A DNA stretch of 64,000 nucleotides from the NCBI GenBank assembly GCA_030141605.1, contig JAQGDQ010000142.1, positions 248,001 to 312,000 on the forward strand. Reading direction: 5' to 3'. The stretch is from Tubiluchus corallicola (Eukaryota; Animalia; Priapulida). Shown one piece after another: positions 51,721 to 64,000 of the stretch (its first letter is position 1; every line of letters begins with the position of its first letter). The notes under the pieces are model-generated. The model was given only the letters and a program-made list of their open reading frames with translations. It did no database searches and was not told where the DNA came from. A program made the position numbers and the translations under genes.

Positions 51721-53539
51721 TTTTTTCATTTTACTTTTTATTAGTTCATTATTGTTTTGTTTTTCACTAACGTACCTAATGTTTATTATTTAAAGCTTTG
51801 TCGTGCTCTTTGTTACCACACGTCACACGTGCTGAACACAGACTTGCAGGCAATGATAATTTATTGACATAAATTAATTAATGTAACCATTGACACCTGA
51901 TGGTTCTTAACATGGGCACAGTTCAGAAATAGATATTAAATCTTTTCTCAAGAACGCAAGCTATGAGGGCAGGTAGTGCCAGCAGTTAGAGAGAGAGGAG
52001 AGCTATTACAATACATCATTGTAAAATGAAGCCCTTCACAAATGAGTTGTCCGAAACTGATATTATGAGTTTTGATAATAATGGCTTAATGCAAGCTACT
52101 AATATTACACTAATGCGGAAAACTAATTACAGAGCAAATAAAGAACGAGGGACAGGTGTATCTTAGCTCATTCAAAAGTGTAATGCACGCGCAACAAAAA
52201 TGATTAATAACATTTTAAACGAAATTTGGAGAAGTAGGTCGTTCTTACAAAAAACGAAAACAATATGCTATCGATATTTCGTCAATATATTGTCAATATT
52301 TAAGACTGAGTCCGGTTAATGAGTTAGTAGCTCGACTCGTTTCAATTCAGACAGAAAAGAAACCTGCTCGTCACCTGTAAGTTTGAAGAACGAAGCTAAA
52401 GTTTAAATATCACTGGGCTGTTATTTTAACCACCGATTGCATACTGTTGAACGGGTTTTTAAAGAAACGGCAATGATACGAAACCACACGAAAAGTGTAA
52501 TGAATTCCAAACTTTGAAGAGGACGCACTGTTCACTTTAAAAAAAAATGAGTGACTGAGTGTGTGAGGGTGTGTCATTGGGTGAGCGACTGGTGAGCAGG
52601 ACAGTGACAAAGAGGGAGGAATCGATGTAAAAAGTTGATTTTTCTAAAAATTGACAGTCACACTGTATTGTTCTAATAGAGGAAGACAAACAATCAGAAA
52701 TCAACGTTTGGTTAGTATAATGTGTTTCATTTGTATCTTTCCTTGCTACAGGTGATTACAAGTTTACTCTTGGTAAAGACATTATCCATTACATAACCTT
52801 TGGGGGCCATATCTAATGTCATATATTAACATCTGATGAACCTATATATTCCAGCAGATGCATTCTTAAACTATAGTTTTAATTCTGGCTTTTGAAGCCT
52901 GGAAATCGATAACTCCAGATGTCTTCTGTAACAACTTTGTATGGACCGCTACAGCTAAGCTTTGTTATTACATACTTGTTAAGTACTAAAAAGTAGATAA
53001 CTCTTTCACTCAAGCTCTTTCACGAAGTAATTAGTTTCGTTACACGCATTAACCTCTGAACAGGACTGTTACAAAATACTATAGTGAGACTGCGTGAGGA
53101 GCATGGTTGAGGGCTACAGTGTGTGGTTTGCAACTGAGATTTTGGCGAGGCCGAATCTTGTCAAGAAAAGGATGGGTGAGAGTACCGGGAAAACGAATGA
53201 GTGAGGCGGGTCACCTGCCATGCCGCCCCAGCTATTTTCTTCGTTGAGAGAGGATCTACACGAGCACCAAAAAGTGGCCAAGACACCGTTCAGAGAATTG
53301 CATTTTATAATGAACTAGGTTCCGATCCCGCCAACAAGCTTTTGACGTAAATTTTGATGTTTTTTAAATTAAAGTCTTTTGTCTTAAATGCTCACCTGCT
53401 TATATGGCTGGGCATCCTGCTCTCTGCAATGATTCAAGCGGGTAGTAGTGGTAGTTAGGGTAGCATTAGCATGGATTCTTGTTGTAGTTGTATGCTTAGT
53501 TATAGCGGTAGAATTATAAGATCGAACAACACATGGGTC

Positions 53540-56430
53540 ATCATAATGCTGATATAATAAGAATTGGAACACTTAATGTTCAAAGGCTTCAGAACAAAAT
53601 TCAAGGAAACAAATCTTTTAAAAGATCTAAACAAATATGGATTGGCGTTTTTGGCATTACAAGAAACTCATGTGAAAACAACAGAGAATTATTCCTTGGA
53701 TAACAAGTATAAAATATTTTTGCATGGAGATGACACAAGCGCTCATGCTGGAGTGGGTTTTGTTCATTCGGTGGATTTTAATTGCACGTATACTGTTATA
53801 AATTCAAGAATTGTTGCTCTCAAAACTCACATAAAAGACATGCAGGTTACAATCGTAAATGGCTATGCACCCACGCTAGTGAAAAGTGAAAAGGATCCCA
53901 AGTTAAGAGATGCTTTTTATGATGATTTGGATAACTTTATTAGTACAGTGGCCTAAAAGTCATTTGGTAATCGTTTGTGGAGATTTCTATGCCAAAATTG
54001 GGTCACTGCATAATTCATTACCAGAGCATATTGGTAAATATGGAAAAGGAATTACAAATTCAAATGGATTACGATTAGCTGAAACTGTTGTAACCAAAAA
54101 TCTGATCGTCACTAACACTGTATTCCAACATAAATACGCTCACGTAACTACCTGGCACTCAACACAGAAAAATAAGAAGTCATGGAATGGGGAACCCAGG
54201 AGAAATCCTATAAGGAATCAAATAGATTTTGTTACGGTAAGGAAAATGCCTATGCCACTAATAAGAACTTCCAGGTCGTACGCTCGTTTAAACATAGATA
54301 CCGACCACTCTTTGGTTATGACTAACATTTCAGTCAAATGGGTAAAGATGCTACAGAAAAAGCAAAGAACAAAATACTTAGATGTTGCCAAGCTAAAGGA
54401 CAGAGATTATAGAGAAAAATACAATTTAAAGTTAGAGCAGAACGTTACTAAATCTCCACCTGGTGAGACATCTGAAAACACAAATTTGCAATCGGAAAAA
54501 CTCAAAGTTCACATAAAAAATTTGACAGCAGAAATACTTGTACAGGACATGTGAGATTTAACGATAAAAAAAAGTTAAAGATGATGAGATAGAAGCTTTG
54601 TCTGCAAATCAGAAAGTTTTGAAAGATAAAATTCACCAATGTAGAAATTTAGCAGAAATTGATGATCTTAAGAAGAAACGCAAGGAAATTCTAAAGCAAA
54701 TTTCTAAAGCATGAAAAGCTAAAACAAATAGAAGAAAAAGGTGACTGGTATCGCAAAAGAAATCGAGCAAACAAAAAATGATTCCTCTAGGCATTTAAAG
54801 TAATACGGACTTTGCAGACCTTTCAACCAAAGAAAAAATTAATTGTAAAAGGAAATGATGGTCTAATTACTGATGCTGAACAGCAAGCTGAAGCCATAGC
54901 AGAATTTTTCAACGAATTTTTAATGATGAAAATGCACCTGGGGTTAAAAGGTCTCACTATCCAATGAAAGTTCCATTTACTAAAGAAGAAGTAAAGCATG
55001 CGACAAAATCATTGAAAAACAACAAAAGCCCAGGCGCTGATGAATTAAATGCTGAGTTAGTCAAGTATGGATCAGAAAATTTATATGCAGAAATTGCTGA
55101 AATTCTAAACAATATTTCCAAAACAGGCACATTTCCACAGGATATTCAAAAAGGAATACTTATCCCTTTACCCAAGCCAGGTAAGAAACGAGGTTCTGTA
55201 GAAAATCTTAGACCATTGATATTGCTTACACTAATAAGGAAGATTTTGGCTATCTGTATGTTGACTAGGATCTATGGCAGATTACACACTTACATTCCAA
55301 CAAGCCAAGCAACATATCAACCAGGAAGGAATACTACTGAATTAGTACAAGCCTGTAAATTACTAGCTGAAAAAGCCATCTCTTTTGCTGATTACTCTAT
55401 ATATCCTCATGATCGATATGTCAAAGGCCTTTGATTGCGTTCGGAGAAAAACTCTGCTTTGCTGTCTGGAAGAAATCCTTGAACCTGATGAAATATACAT
55501 CATAAGTATAATGTTAGAAAATCTATTAATGCAAGTCAGGTGTGAAGGGAAATTGAGTCAGCCATTTTCTACAAACAAAGGAGTACCTCAGGGTGACTGT
55601 CTAAGCCCTGTACTTTTGACTTTATATCTTGCCATAGCTCTCACTGAGGACAAAGTTATACCATTGAAAGACCTAGAAGATCACAACTACACAATTATTG
55701 ATCCTAAATTAATACCGAATGAAGTAAGACAAGAACACAGTTACAGCTCTCTACAAAGTAAGCCAACTACGATATCAATGCAGTATGCTGATGATGTGGC
55801 TTGGATTACAAGAAACAAAGAAGAAGTAGATGAAATAAAAACTCAATAGAGGAGAAACTGAACAGAATGGATCTCGTTATAAACAAAAATAAAACTGAAG
55901 AGTTTCATATAACACGCCATGGTGATGAATCAAATGGCAAAGATGCAAGTATCTCGGTAGTCTGCTAGCAACAAAGGACGACATATTAAGACGAAAGATA
56001 ATGGCATTATCAGCTTTCTCAAAACTCACAAAAGTTTTGGAAAATAGGAAGATTTCTTTGGAAACAAAAGTCAGAATATTCTCAGCCTTAGTCGAAACTG
56101 TATTTCTGTATAACTCTGAGCTGTGGACATTAAAAGCAAATCATAAAGCTGAAATCGATGGGTTTCAAAGGCGAAATTACAGAAACATTTTGGGTATTAG
56201 ATGGCCAAAGAAAATTTCAAAAAAAGATCTATATGAAAAAATAAAAGAAGAACCTTGGACAAGAAAAATAAAAAGACGACGTTTAAGATGGATTGGGCAT
56301 ATGCTTAGACTACCTGATGACGTTCCAGTGAAGATAGCTCTTCAACAAGCCATGAACCTGCTAAAAAACCTGCAGGAGGACAAATGTTAACATACTTAGA
56401 TTTTGCACAGAAAGATTTAAACACTTCAGC
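53540..56430 (+). mobile_element. Near full-length but inactivated RTE-clade LINE (APE endonuclease + reverse transcriptase)
   Basis: APE: IRIGTLNV, LALQETH, GVGF, NGYAPT, GDFYAKIG, NQIDF, TDHSLV. RT: KSPGADEL, NLRPLILL, IDMSKAFD, GVPQGDCLSP, QYADD, KYLGS. C-terminal FLYNSELW, RRLRWIGHMLR. Split over at least five ORFs by frameshifts and stops. Confidence 0.95.
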
Positions 56431-57681
56431 ATTGATCCACTTGAGGCATTGCAGCGTGTAGGGAGTCCTGGCATAGAGAGGTGAGCAGAATCATGTCCCT
56501 GGACGTTTGATTCAGTGAAGAAGAAGCATTGCTTACAGCATTGTTTCTCTACATGTGATGGCGTCATGCAATTAAAAAGTGGACTTTTGTGGTTTTCAAC
56601 CATTCCAACAACGAAAATTTTTAACTGAAAAATTGCAAAACGAACTGTGTATGGTTGCTTTGTATTCGTTGTATGTTCACAGCAAAATTGGACAGGCGGA
56701 CATTCATTTCAGAGAAAGCTGGGGAAATTAAAGCGGTCCTGAACAAGCATTAAACAGGCGCAAACGAAAGAAATTCAACCAACCAGAAATACTGGAACAC
56801 TTGTAAGACTGTTGTAGGCCTAGATAGTTATTCTGGTGAAGAAAAGTATTCTGAATCACACCATGTAAATAAATAACTAACCATGCTTTTTGCAGTAAAG
56901 TTTAGTGTGTCTTTTGTTTTTTTACATCAATATTTCGGCAGCTGGTTAAATCCGATGTAGCTGTTCCTACCTGCGACAAATCTGTCAGGATATGAAGCCT
57001 GTATTTCCAACAAGCCGAGCGCATTCAAGAATTGTAAATTTTTAAAGTTGCTTATCGAGTACAATAGGTCAAAAATGCTCTTTATGTCAAAAAAAGTAAT
57101 TATGGGGAAACAAGCAAAACTTTATCTGATAGATTTAAAGATCATCAGTGGACCTTGTTTAATCTGAACGCCAACTATGCTATTGTGCATCGTTTTTGTA
57201 ATGATCACAACCTGATCTTGTCTTTCTCTTTCTCTCTATTCCTCTTCCTCTTTCGCTTTCTTCTCTCTCCCTCTTTCTCCTTCTCTCTGGTATGTTAATT
57301 AATTTTTTTAATAACAGCAAATAGAAGTGTAAATACCTTCTTTCTTTTTTTGACTCACTTTCTGGTAAATTATTTTATTTCCAGAAAATTAAATGGTAAA
57401 TTATTCTGGTAAATTATTTTTTTAAGAAACTCTATGAAGTTCTTTCAGTAGCTTTCGTAAGCACACGTTGCTTAAGCTAAATTCAAACTTCTGCAGCTTA
57501 CCTAGTGTTCAAGCAAAATATCGCAAAATTAGCGATCTGATTTTTTGTAAATACTTTTGACGGAAATTGGCAACGAGCTGCTTTTCTTCAATCGATGAAC
57601 GACGTCATTGGTGGAGGACTGGGCGTTCAAAATGAGAGCACCCAAGCATGAACTGATCGCATAGTCTATGATCGCAATGAT

Positions 57682-57943
57682 GACGGTATAGTCTAGTGGT
57701 AACGCGTCCCCTTTCCGTCTGGGAGGTCGTGAGTTCAATATCGAAGATTTCAAAAATGGTGCCTGCTGTTGCCCTGCCTGGCGCGTGGTATTTAGGGTAA
57801 AAGTGGGGTAATAATAATCTCTGTTGCGTAGGTGTCGTTTGTTATTTGCAGTCGGCGATAAAAGCCTCATGGCAGGCTTGTGTTGTCTGTTGAATTTCAA
57901 GCCGACTTGAAATAAAGGTTATTATTATTATTATTATTATTAT
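57682..57943 (+). mobile_element. tRNA-derived SINE with a Meta-like central domain and (TTA)n tail
   Basis: A-box TAGTCTAGTGG, B-box GAGTTCAA, core AAGATTTCAAAAATGGTGCCTGCTGTTGCCCTGCCTGGCGC, tail gacttgaaataaaggtt(att)n. Confidence 0.8.
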
Positions 57944-57973
57944 CGCGACTTTAAAGTGACTCTACTAATTATA

Positions 57974-58298
57974 CGTTGTGTTTCTTTCTCTCGGAAGGCT
58001 CGTAGAGAAAATCAGAAAACACGTCAAATTGAACAGGTTTATTGTGTGAGAATTCCACAACACAAAGTATGAAGGAACACAAAATATGTACAGTCAATGT
58101 GATAATCTGGTAACTGTTAACATGTAAGCGAGAAAGCGTGTATCTGAGAATATGAGAATAAACTTGAGCGGCCAGCTCCGCCTTACATATCAGTGCAACT
58201 ATAATATATATGAAAGTTCTAGAATCTACGTATGCTTCTACAAGGTAAGAAGTTTGGTTCTACCATACTATAGAACATTCTAGTGAATCTCCACAACA
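57974..58298 (-). mobile_element. Solo LTR (325 bp) with 5-bp TSD
   Basis: Termini cGTTGTG...CACAACA (one substitution from TG...CA). TTATA duplicated at 57969-57973 and 58299-58303. On the minus strand: HSE-like motifs, a TATA-like tract (58200-58211), then AATAAA (58038-58043). Confidence 0.8.
58211..58225. promoter_or_regulatory. Perfect three-unit heat-shock element inside the solo LTR
   Basis: tGAAagTTCtaGAAt = nGAAnnTTCnnGAAn. A second partial site aGAAcaTTCt lies at ~58272-58281. Confidence 0.55.
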
Positions 58299-58357
58299 TT
58301 ATACGTGGCTCTTATCGCTCTTTTATTACTAAATCGTTCTAACATTTTTCGTAGACG

Positions 58358-59262
58358 GTGCGCGGTAAAACTGGCACAGTAAAAATTGCACAGGAATATG
58401 GCACAGGGAGAAATGGCACAAATGGAAAACTAGGTAAAAATGGCACAGAAAAAAGTAGCGCAGTAAAATGGAACAGGATAAAATGGCACAGAAAAAACGG
58501 CACATGTGTTATTTTGACGCAATTGATTTCTATAACTTATTCGTCTGATTCTTTTGATTAAAAATATTTAACACAAAGATAAAGAAACAAACATACAAAA
58601 TGTAACTATACTGGTATTTCATAGACTAGGAAAAGACTCACAAAATATTTGCTCATTAAATAGATTTATAATAAATATTGCACAAATGTTCTAAATAATG
58701 TTTACCTACTTTTTAACAATTAAATTTGGCGATGGTAACAAACTGACAAATATACACGTGTTTACATACCAAGTCACATTGTAAGGCTATATGCATTTAT
58801 AAACAGTGCTACACAGTTTTACAAGCGAGAAATTCTCGAATTGGAACTGTAACTAACTCATAGTTGTTTGCCCAGGTGGAGATAACAAAAATAAGGTACT
58901 AAACACTGCGAAGTACAAGTTTTGCAAAAAAAGAACTGGCGTAGATTCCCATTTTGTCACTTTGTACCCGCCTTTCTTCACAAAGTTTCTAGGAAATCTG
59001 TTGGATAGTTTTCGCGTAATAGGCTTCCTGCCATAACAGACAAAAACAATCAAACAAACAAACAAACTGCGTTGAAGCATAACTTCCTTGGCAGAGGTAA
59101 AAATAACTAAAATAACTATTACCCACTGTTACCCTAACCCTAAGCACATATTTTACTAAGTGTGCCATTTTTCCTGGGCCATTTTACCTACTTTTCCATT
59201 TCTGCCATTTTTCCTGTGCCATTTTTACCGTGCCATTTTTTTCTGTTCCATTTTGCCTATAT
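58358..59262. mobile_element. Foldback-type element whose arms are inverted arrays of AAAATGGCACA repeats, with a nested HINE-like element (~58850-59100)
   Basis: ggtaaaaatggcacag repeats at 58365-58505 oppose tgtgccattttt repeats at 59160-59255. ccctaaccctaa at 59132. The nested element ends aacttccttggcagaggtaa. Confidence 0.7.
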
Positions 59263-59638
59263 TCTTCGCAAACATTGAGATAAGCCTAACTTTCCAGAAG
59301 GCTTGACCTTTCCTTTAAATATTTGAAACCAAACTGAACAAGAAAAAAACGTTGAAGGTCGGGGGAGAGCCTGCATGGATTTGAACCACGGACTTTTATG
59401 CCTTCCAGTTTTTCACAGTTTCTCCTTTTCGGTCATATTTCTTTTAAAAAATTTATTATTAGTACATTTGTTCGACAACTGATAAATCACACAGTATTTA
59501 ACGTATACATAGTGCTTATGCTGATTACTTATTAGCATAAAGGTCTGCTATTAACAGCATTATACTAATAAGTACTTCAGTAAAATACTAATATTGCTAT
59601 ATAGTAAAAATTACAATGTAAGTCAGATAGAAACTTAC

Positions 59639-59641
59639 CAT
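59639..59641 (-). CDS. Probable ATG-only first coding exon of the soluble guanylyl cyclase
   Basis: Minus strand gacacaATG|GTAAGT: consensus donor, A at -3, in-frame stop upstream. Phase 0 fits exon 2 (M|YGF). Alternative candidate MAGWM|GTAATT at 45043-45057. Confidence 0.55.
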
Positions 59642-59787
59642 TGTGTCAAAGTTGATACCGTCTGTGCATTTAACAATTTACTGCTTCATAATACACTTAA
59701 TTTTCATGTTCATGCTCAAATCTGTAAGACTTTCACAGAAATTGCGCTGTAATTCGTCTAACTCGAAGTTAATTGACAAGGGACATC

Positions 59788-59826
59788 TGATTGGCTAAAT
59801 CACGCATAGCGACACGCATGCGCACT
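59788..59826 (-). promoter_or_regulatory. Candidate promoter elements: CCAAT box and NRF1-like palindrome
   Basis: gATTGGct (CCAAT on minus strand) and acgcatgcgca, ~150-185 bp upstream of the ATG|GT exon. Confidence 0.35.
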
Positions 59827-62089
59827 GCAATTTTGAACACTATAGGAACGCCAAATCTCGGAGACAAATATAGGTGCCGTGATTGGAAGTCGATCCTTCT
59901 AAATTAGAGAAACAAATTTCTCTATTGAGAACGACATGCGATTCTTATGACGAAACAAACGGTGGCGTCAGTTACACTGATTTGGAAGACGAAGAAAGCC
60001 AACGAGCTGTAATCAATCACCCTTTTAAAATCTTATTAAAGTATTTTAAGCCTACATAAGTGAAAGGCAAAGCTGTGTTACGCGCAGTGATTGTGCTGCA
60101 GGTGTTCCATAACTCTTTCGTTTCTGTGTGGCTACTTGGTGTGTGCCACGCATCTTTTCTGCGCAGAAAACTGGAAGCATAAAATGCGCAATAAAAGTAA
60201 CACATCTCAGTAGCAACTTATAGTCCTACTTTTATTATCGAAACCAGACTCATTGTGTTCAGTCACATCTTGCATTTACCTTAGAATGACATTCAGTAGA
60301 ACACAGACCTTCGCAAGCCCGAACAATTTTAACCACGTTCATCTGATTCTTTCAAAGGAATTTGCTGTTATTATTGTTGGCTTTATTGATGACATATATT
60401 GGCTTTATTTGCTGATGTGAACAGTGAAACTATAAAACAATTGAGACAGACAGGAACAATAGAATCAGACGGGAATAATGAGTAAATAGGAAATTTGTAA
60501 TTGCATAGGACAACACATTCTAAAACAAACGGACAGGCAGACAAACTGCGATGAAAACACAAACTCCTTGGTGAAGGTCTTAACAATCGGAAAAGGACGC
60601 GCAATAAAGCTAAAAACTTGATTTTTAAGCAGAAGATTTTTGTATTATCTTGATTTACGGTTTGACTTTAATTGTATTATTTAAGATTTTTTAAAATATA
60701 TGCAGTTTAGCTATGTGTGGTACTGAATCTGCTTACCTATCTACTGTCAAGTTCGTTACAAAGCGCCGTGACGTATTTTTGTTCTTTGAAATTGTTTGTG
60801 TCTTAGTTGATAGGCTGTCACCATACCATAATGGGCCACTGATAATTATTAGTCTATTGAGTAGAATTTAAGTGAATGATTGTCAATTAATTGCACCAGT
60901 CAAAATTCCCATTATAGCCATTGTGAGAACTTAGAAGATCTACGCTTGGGATTATGATCAACATCTAAATAAAAGAATACTTCCAATAGCGGCGGTAACA
61001 TCAAAGGAACTGCTTAGTAGCAGAAAGAGTTGGGATTCGCCTTTGTCAGCATCCCGAGAAGCCCTATAAAGGAAGCTGCTAGCGGACATTTGCACTAGCA
61101 TTTCCAGTCATGGAAAGACTTGTAAGAGCCATATTTCTGATATCAACTTTTTGCGTGGTGCCAATCTAATACTTATAATTCTCCAGGTATACGTTTTTAC
61201 GGATTTTAAATGATACGCTATTTTCTCGACAGCTACTGAACCATTTGTAACAAATGACATCAAACGAACCGTCTCGGTCTATCCCAGTCCCAGTTTTAGA
61301 TGTTCATTGTAATTATCATTGTAAATGTGTGCGTACTTTTGCGTAACTTATGACCTAGCTGCCAAAATAAATAATGCAACTTAATCTAATCTAAACATAA
61401 ACAAACTCATTTTTATACATGCAACGTGTAAACGGTGGAGAAACGATTGCTGAGTGGTAACGAGATCCGGTTTGCACTTAGCAGCCACAAAGAAGCGGTG
61501 ATGCTTCTGTTCAGTAAATAGATGGGTGACCACTGGAAACTGCTTCTAAGCAGTTCCATCTCTTATACTGCCACTGGCTGTCTGCCTCTCTGGGAAGGAT
61601 ATGTGCGAACACCAGTGACTATATGTGTAAGACATTTCTGCCAATTTACTGTCTAATCTGAGAGAATTATTCTTAATAATAAATAACGAATATTGAACAG
61701 TTCACAAGCAACTACACCCTACCATTCAGCTTATGAGTGGAAAATAGATACTCTTATCACAATCATCATAATTACGCTAATTAACTGTACAATCGTAGAT
61801 ATGCCTAGTCTATTATTGCCACCTTAATGCTTTCTTGTACCTTTCTCTTTACATGCATCTCGGCTTATAATTTCCTATTAACTAACGATCGGTGTTAAAC
61901 GCAGTAATTTGATTACTAGGCAAAAGCTTTGCCATGTAATGGCGTAACGTGCTAAGATTGACTTCAGGGGTTTAGTTAAACCAGTCTCTTACTGTGTTCT
62001 GATTTTTTGTCTCCTTAATTTAAGTGCATCCCAAAGGCACAAACATACGCCTTAAAAAAACTACTCAGAATAACCACAGTTATAGGCAA

Positions 62090-62795
62090 TTTATACACAA
62101 GGTGTTAACTATGGTGTGCCACAAGGATTCAACTTAAGACCATTGTTTTTCTTATCTACATTAATGACACGCCTCTTGTTACCGATTTCATTTTGTTTTT
62201 CCTGTTGTCTAACCACTTGCGACCACTAGTTTGTTAACTTTACAACAGAAAATTAAAATTTGATTACTAGTTGCAAGTGAGCAAAATTGTCGGGTCAATT
62301 TCACCAAAACAAAGTGTAATGTTCATACCATGATTTCTCCACTTTTGACCTCAAAGTGATCTGTATTCACAACATGTCACATAATTCAGAAGTAAATATG
62401 AGTCAAGGTCACTAAGCTCTGGTCGCTTCTTTTTTTCTGGTCGATTTTTGCCGTCGCACTACTTTCCTTAGCTGTTGTAACATTCATAGAGCTCTCTATA
62501 ATGTATTACGTCACACAACATTTATTCAGTATCTTCTAACAACAAATCTGTTGTACTATAAAATCTTAGAACTGAAATAGATATTTCATTGTTGAATCTG
62601 CTTGTTGTTTGCCATAGCCTTTTAGTTTCATAATGTGATCACGTGATGTGCAGTCAGATTGCCTAATAACATCAGAGTAACCAGGAAAAAGAAATGAAGT
62701 CGGTAACAATAAGCATATCATTATGTAGGTAAGAAAAAACAGTGGTCCTAAATTGAATCCTTGAGGTACACTGTAGTTAACACCCTGCATATAAA
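62090..62795. mobile_element. Inverted pair of L2/CR1-group RT fragments (62090-62204 on +, 62682-62795 on -)
   Basis: Both arms encode decayed GVNY(G/S)VPQGFNL(R/G)PLFFL.YI.D and end in ttaccga.ttcattt...ttttcctg. Confidence 0.75.
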
Positions 62796-64000
62796 GTGTA
62801 GTAACCCGCACTATTTGCTGCATCAAAGTGCACAATCGGGCAATACCGTTCTTATAAATAAAACAGACGTTTAAGTGAGAAAGAGCTGCTCGACTGTACG
62901 TTTATATGTTTGACAATAATAAACTATCGCTACAAAAAAGTGTGCGGGCCTTTTTATGTTTATTTGTTTATTGCTTCTAATTTAAACTAAAACGTGCAAA
63001 GCAACAACTAAGAAGTTCGAAAAAATCAATTGCCTTTGTTTGTTCAATATTTATTTCTACACCGTTTAACATCTTTTTAAAAATCTTTTTAAAGAAAGGC
63101 TTTTCATCTGCTTTCACTTCTGTTTTATTTACAAAAATAGATTTAATATTATTTATTGCTGTTGAGCTTTAGTTAAACGATCTTAAACGCTCCATTTTTT
63201 TTAAATATCACATGAAAATAATATTAAATAATAAAAAAAATGTTATTTAATTTCCTAGTAGTCTCAATAATCACAGTTCACATTTATAATTATAAACATA
63301 GTGAGCGCCTCAAACTATATTGTAAAAGAGTATCCTAGCGTTAGAATAAAAATAAGAAATATGCAAAGCAATGCCAATCGACGTCAATTTTAATAGAAAT
63401 TTAAGAACGTAGACAATGTTAACTTCAACAAATCGCTGCAAGGACACAGCTGAACTAATTACAAAAGTCATAATAAGCTTTAGAGTAGGCAACACGCTCA
63501 CGCACACACATCCATATACGCACGCACACATAGTTACGATTAGTTGTAGGTCTCATAATTATGTTACTTATATTGATTTCGGCGTGGTAAATCTAGTAGT
63601 ATTACAGGCCATTTACTTGCAACAGACCTGTCCAGACATAAAGAACATGTGTACTTGTTCAAGCCAAAGATGGGTGAAAAAAGAGCCAACAGAAATTATC
63701 ATGAACAGAGTAAAAATCGAGTTTTTAATGTTGTGAAATTCAGTTTTCAGACTAGTGTGTCGTATAAGTGCCACTAGGCAGCAGTAGTTCATTTCGTTTT
63801 TCGTTGTAAAATTACCGATGTAACTGACCTGATGTAAAAATACACACTCCGAGAAGCGTATTCTGTTTCAACATAGTTTATTAATAAGATGAAGAAATTC
63901 AGCTCACTACACTATGTAGTTTTATGTGATATAAACATTACTAATAAAATAATGCATAATACTGTAATTGCAGCACTACCAATAAAAGTTGTATCAAATA

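Noticed and set aside
57682-57745. Possible tRNA gene
   Set aside because: It has A/B boxes but no acceptor stem or complete T-arm, and continues into a SINE core and (TTA)n tail. Similar decayed heads near 35740 and 46985 were also not called.

Overview
AT-rich, repeat-rich animal (metazoan) genomic DNA with spliceosomal GT-AG introns. It looks like an invertebrate, plausibly lophotrochozoan/annelid, but that is not provable from this window. Three protein-coding genes can be reconstructed by hand. (1) A minus-strand class A peptide-receptor-like GPCR (4713-5886 plus a probable micro first exon) whose DRY motif reads EQA. (2) A 7-exon plus-strand gene (20642-25304, 347 aa) with a perilipin-like helix, a hydrophobic segment, a basic patch and a long acidic tail. 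(3) A minus-strand soluble guanylyl cyclase (8 exons 43872->31700 plus an ATG-only first exon, probably at 59639-59641, ~784 aa). Its H-NOX domain is beta-type and heme-competent, its catalytic domain is alpha-type, it ends in a CAAX box (CIIL), and it may have an alternative transmembrane tail. The rest is transposon debris (decayed RTE LINE, CR1/L2 and L1/Tx1 fragments, a SINE, a solo LTR with heat-shock elements, hAT/Kolobok/Harbinger MITEs, Helentron-like elements), a 90-bp minisatellite, long microsatellites and an 86-bp perfect palindrome. No rRNA, bona fide tRNA or CRISPR array was seen. Gene models were read by eye and need RNA-seq confirmation; family comparisons are from recalled motifs, not searches.
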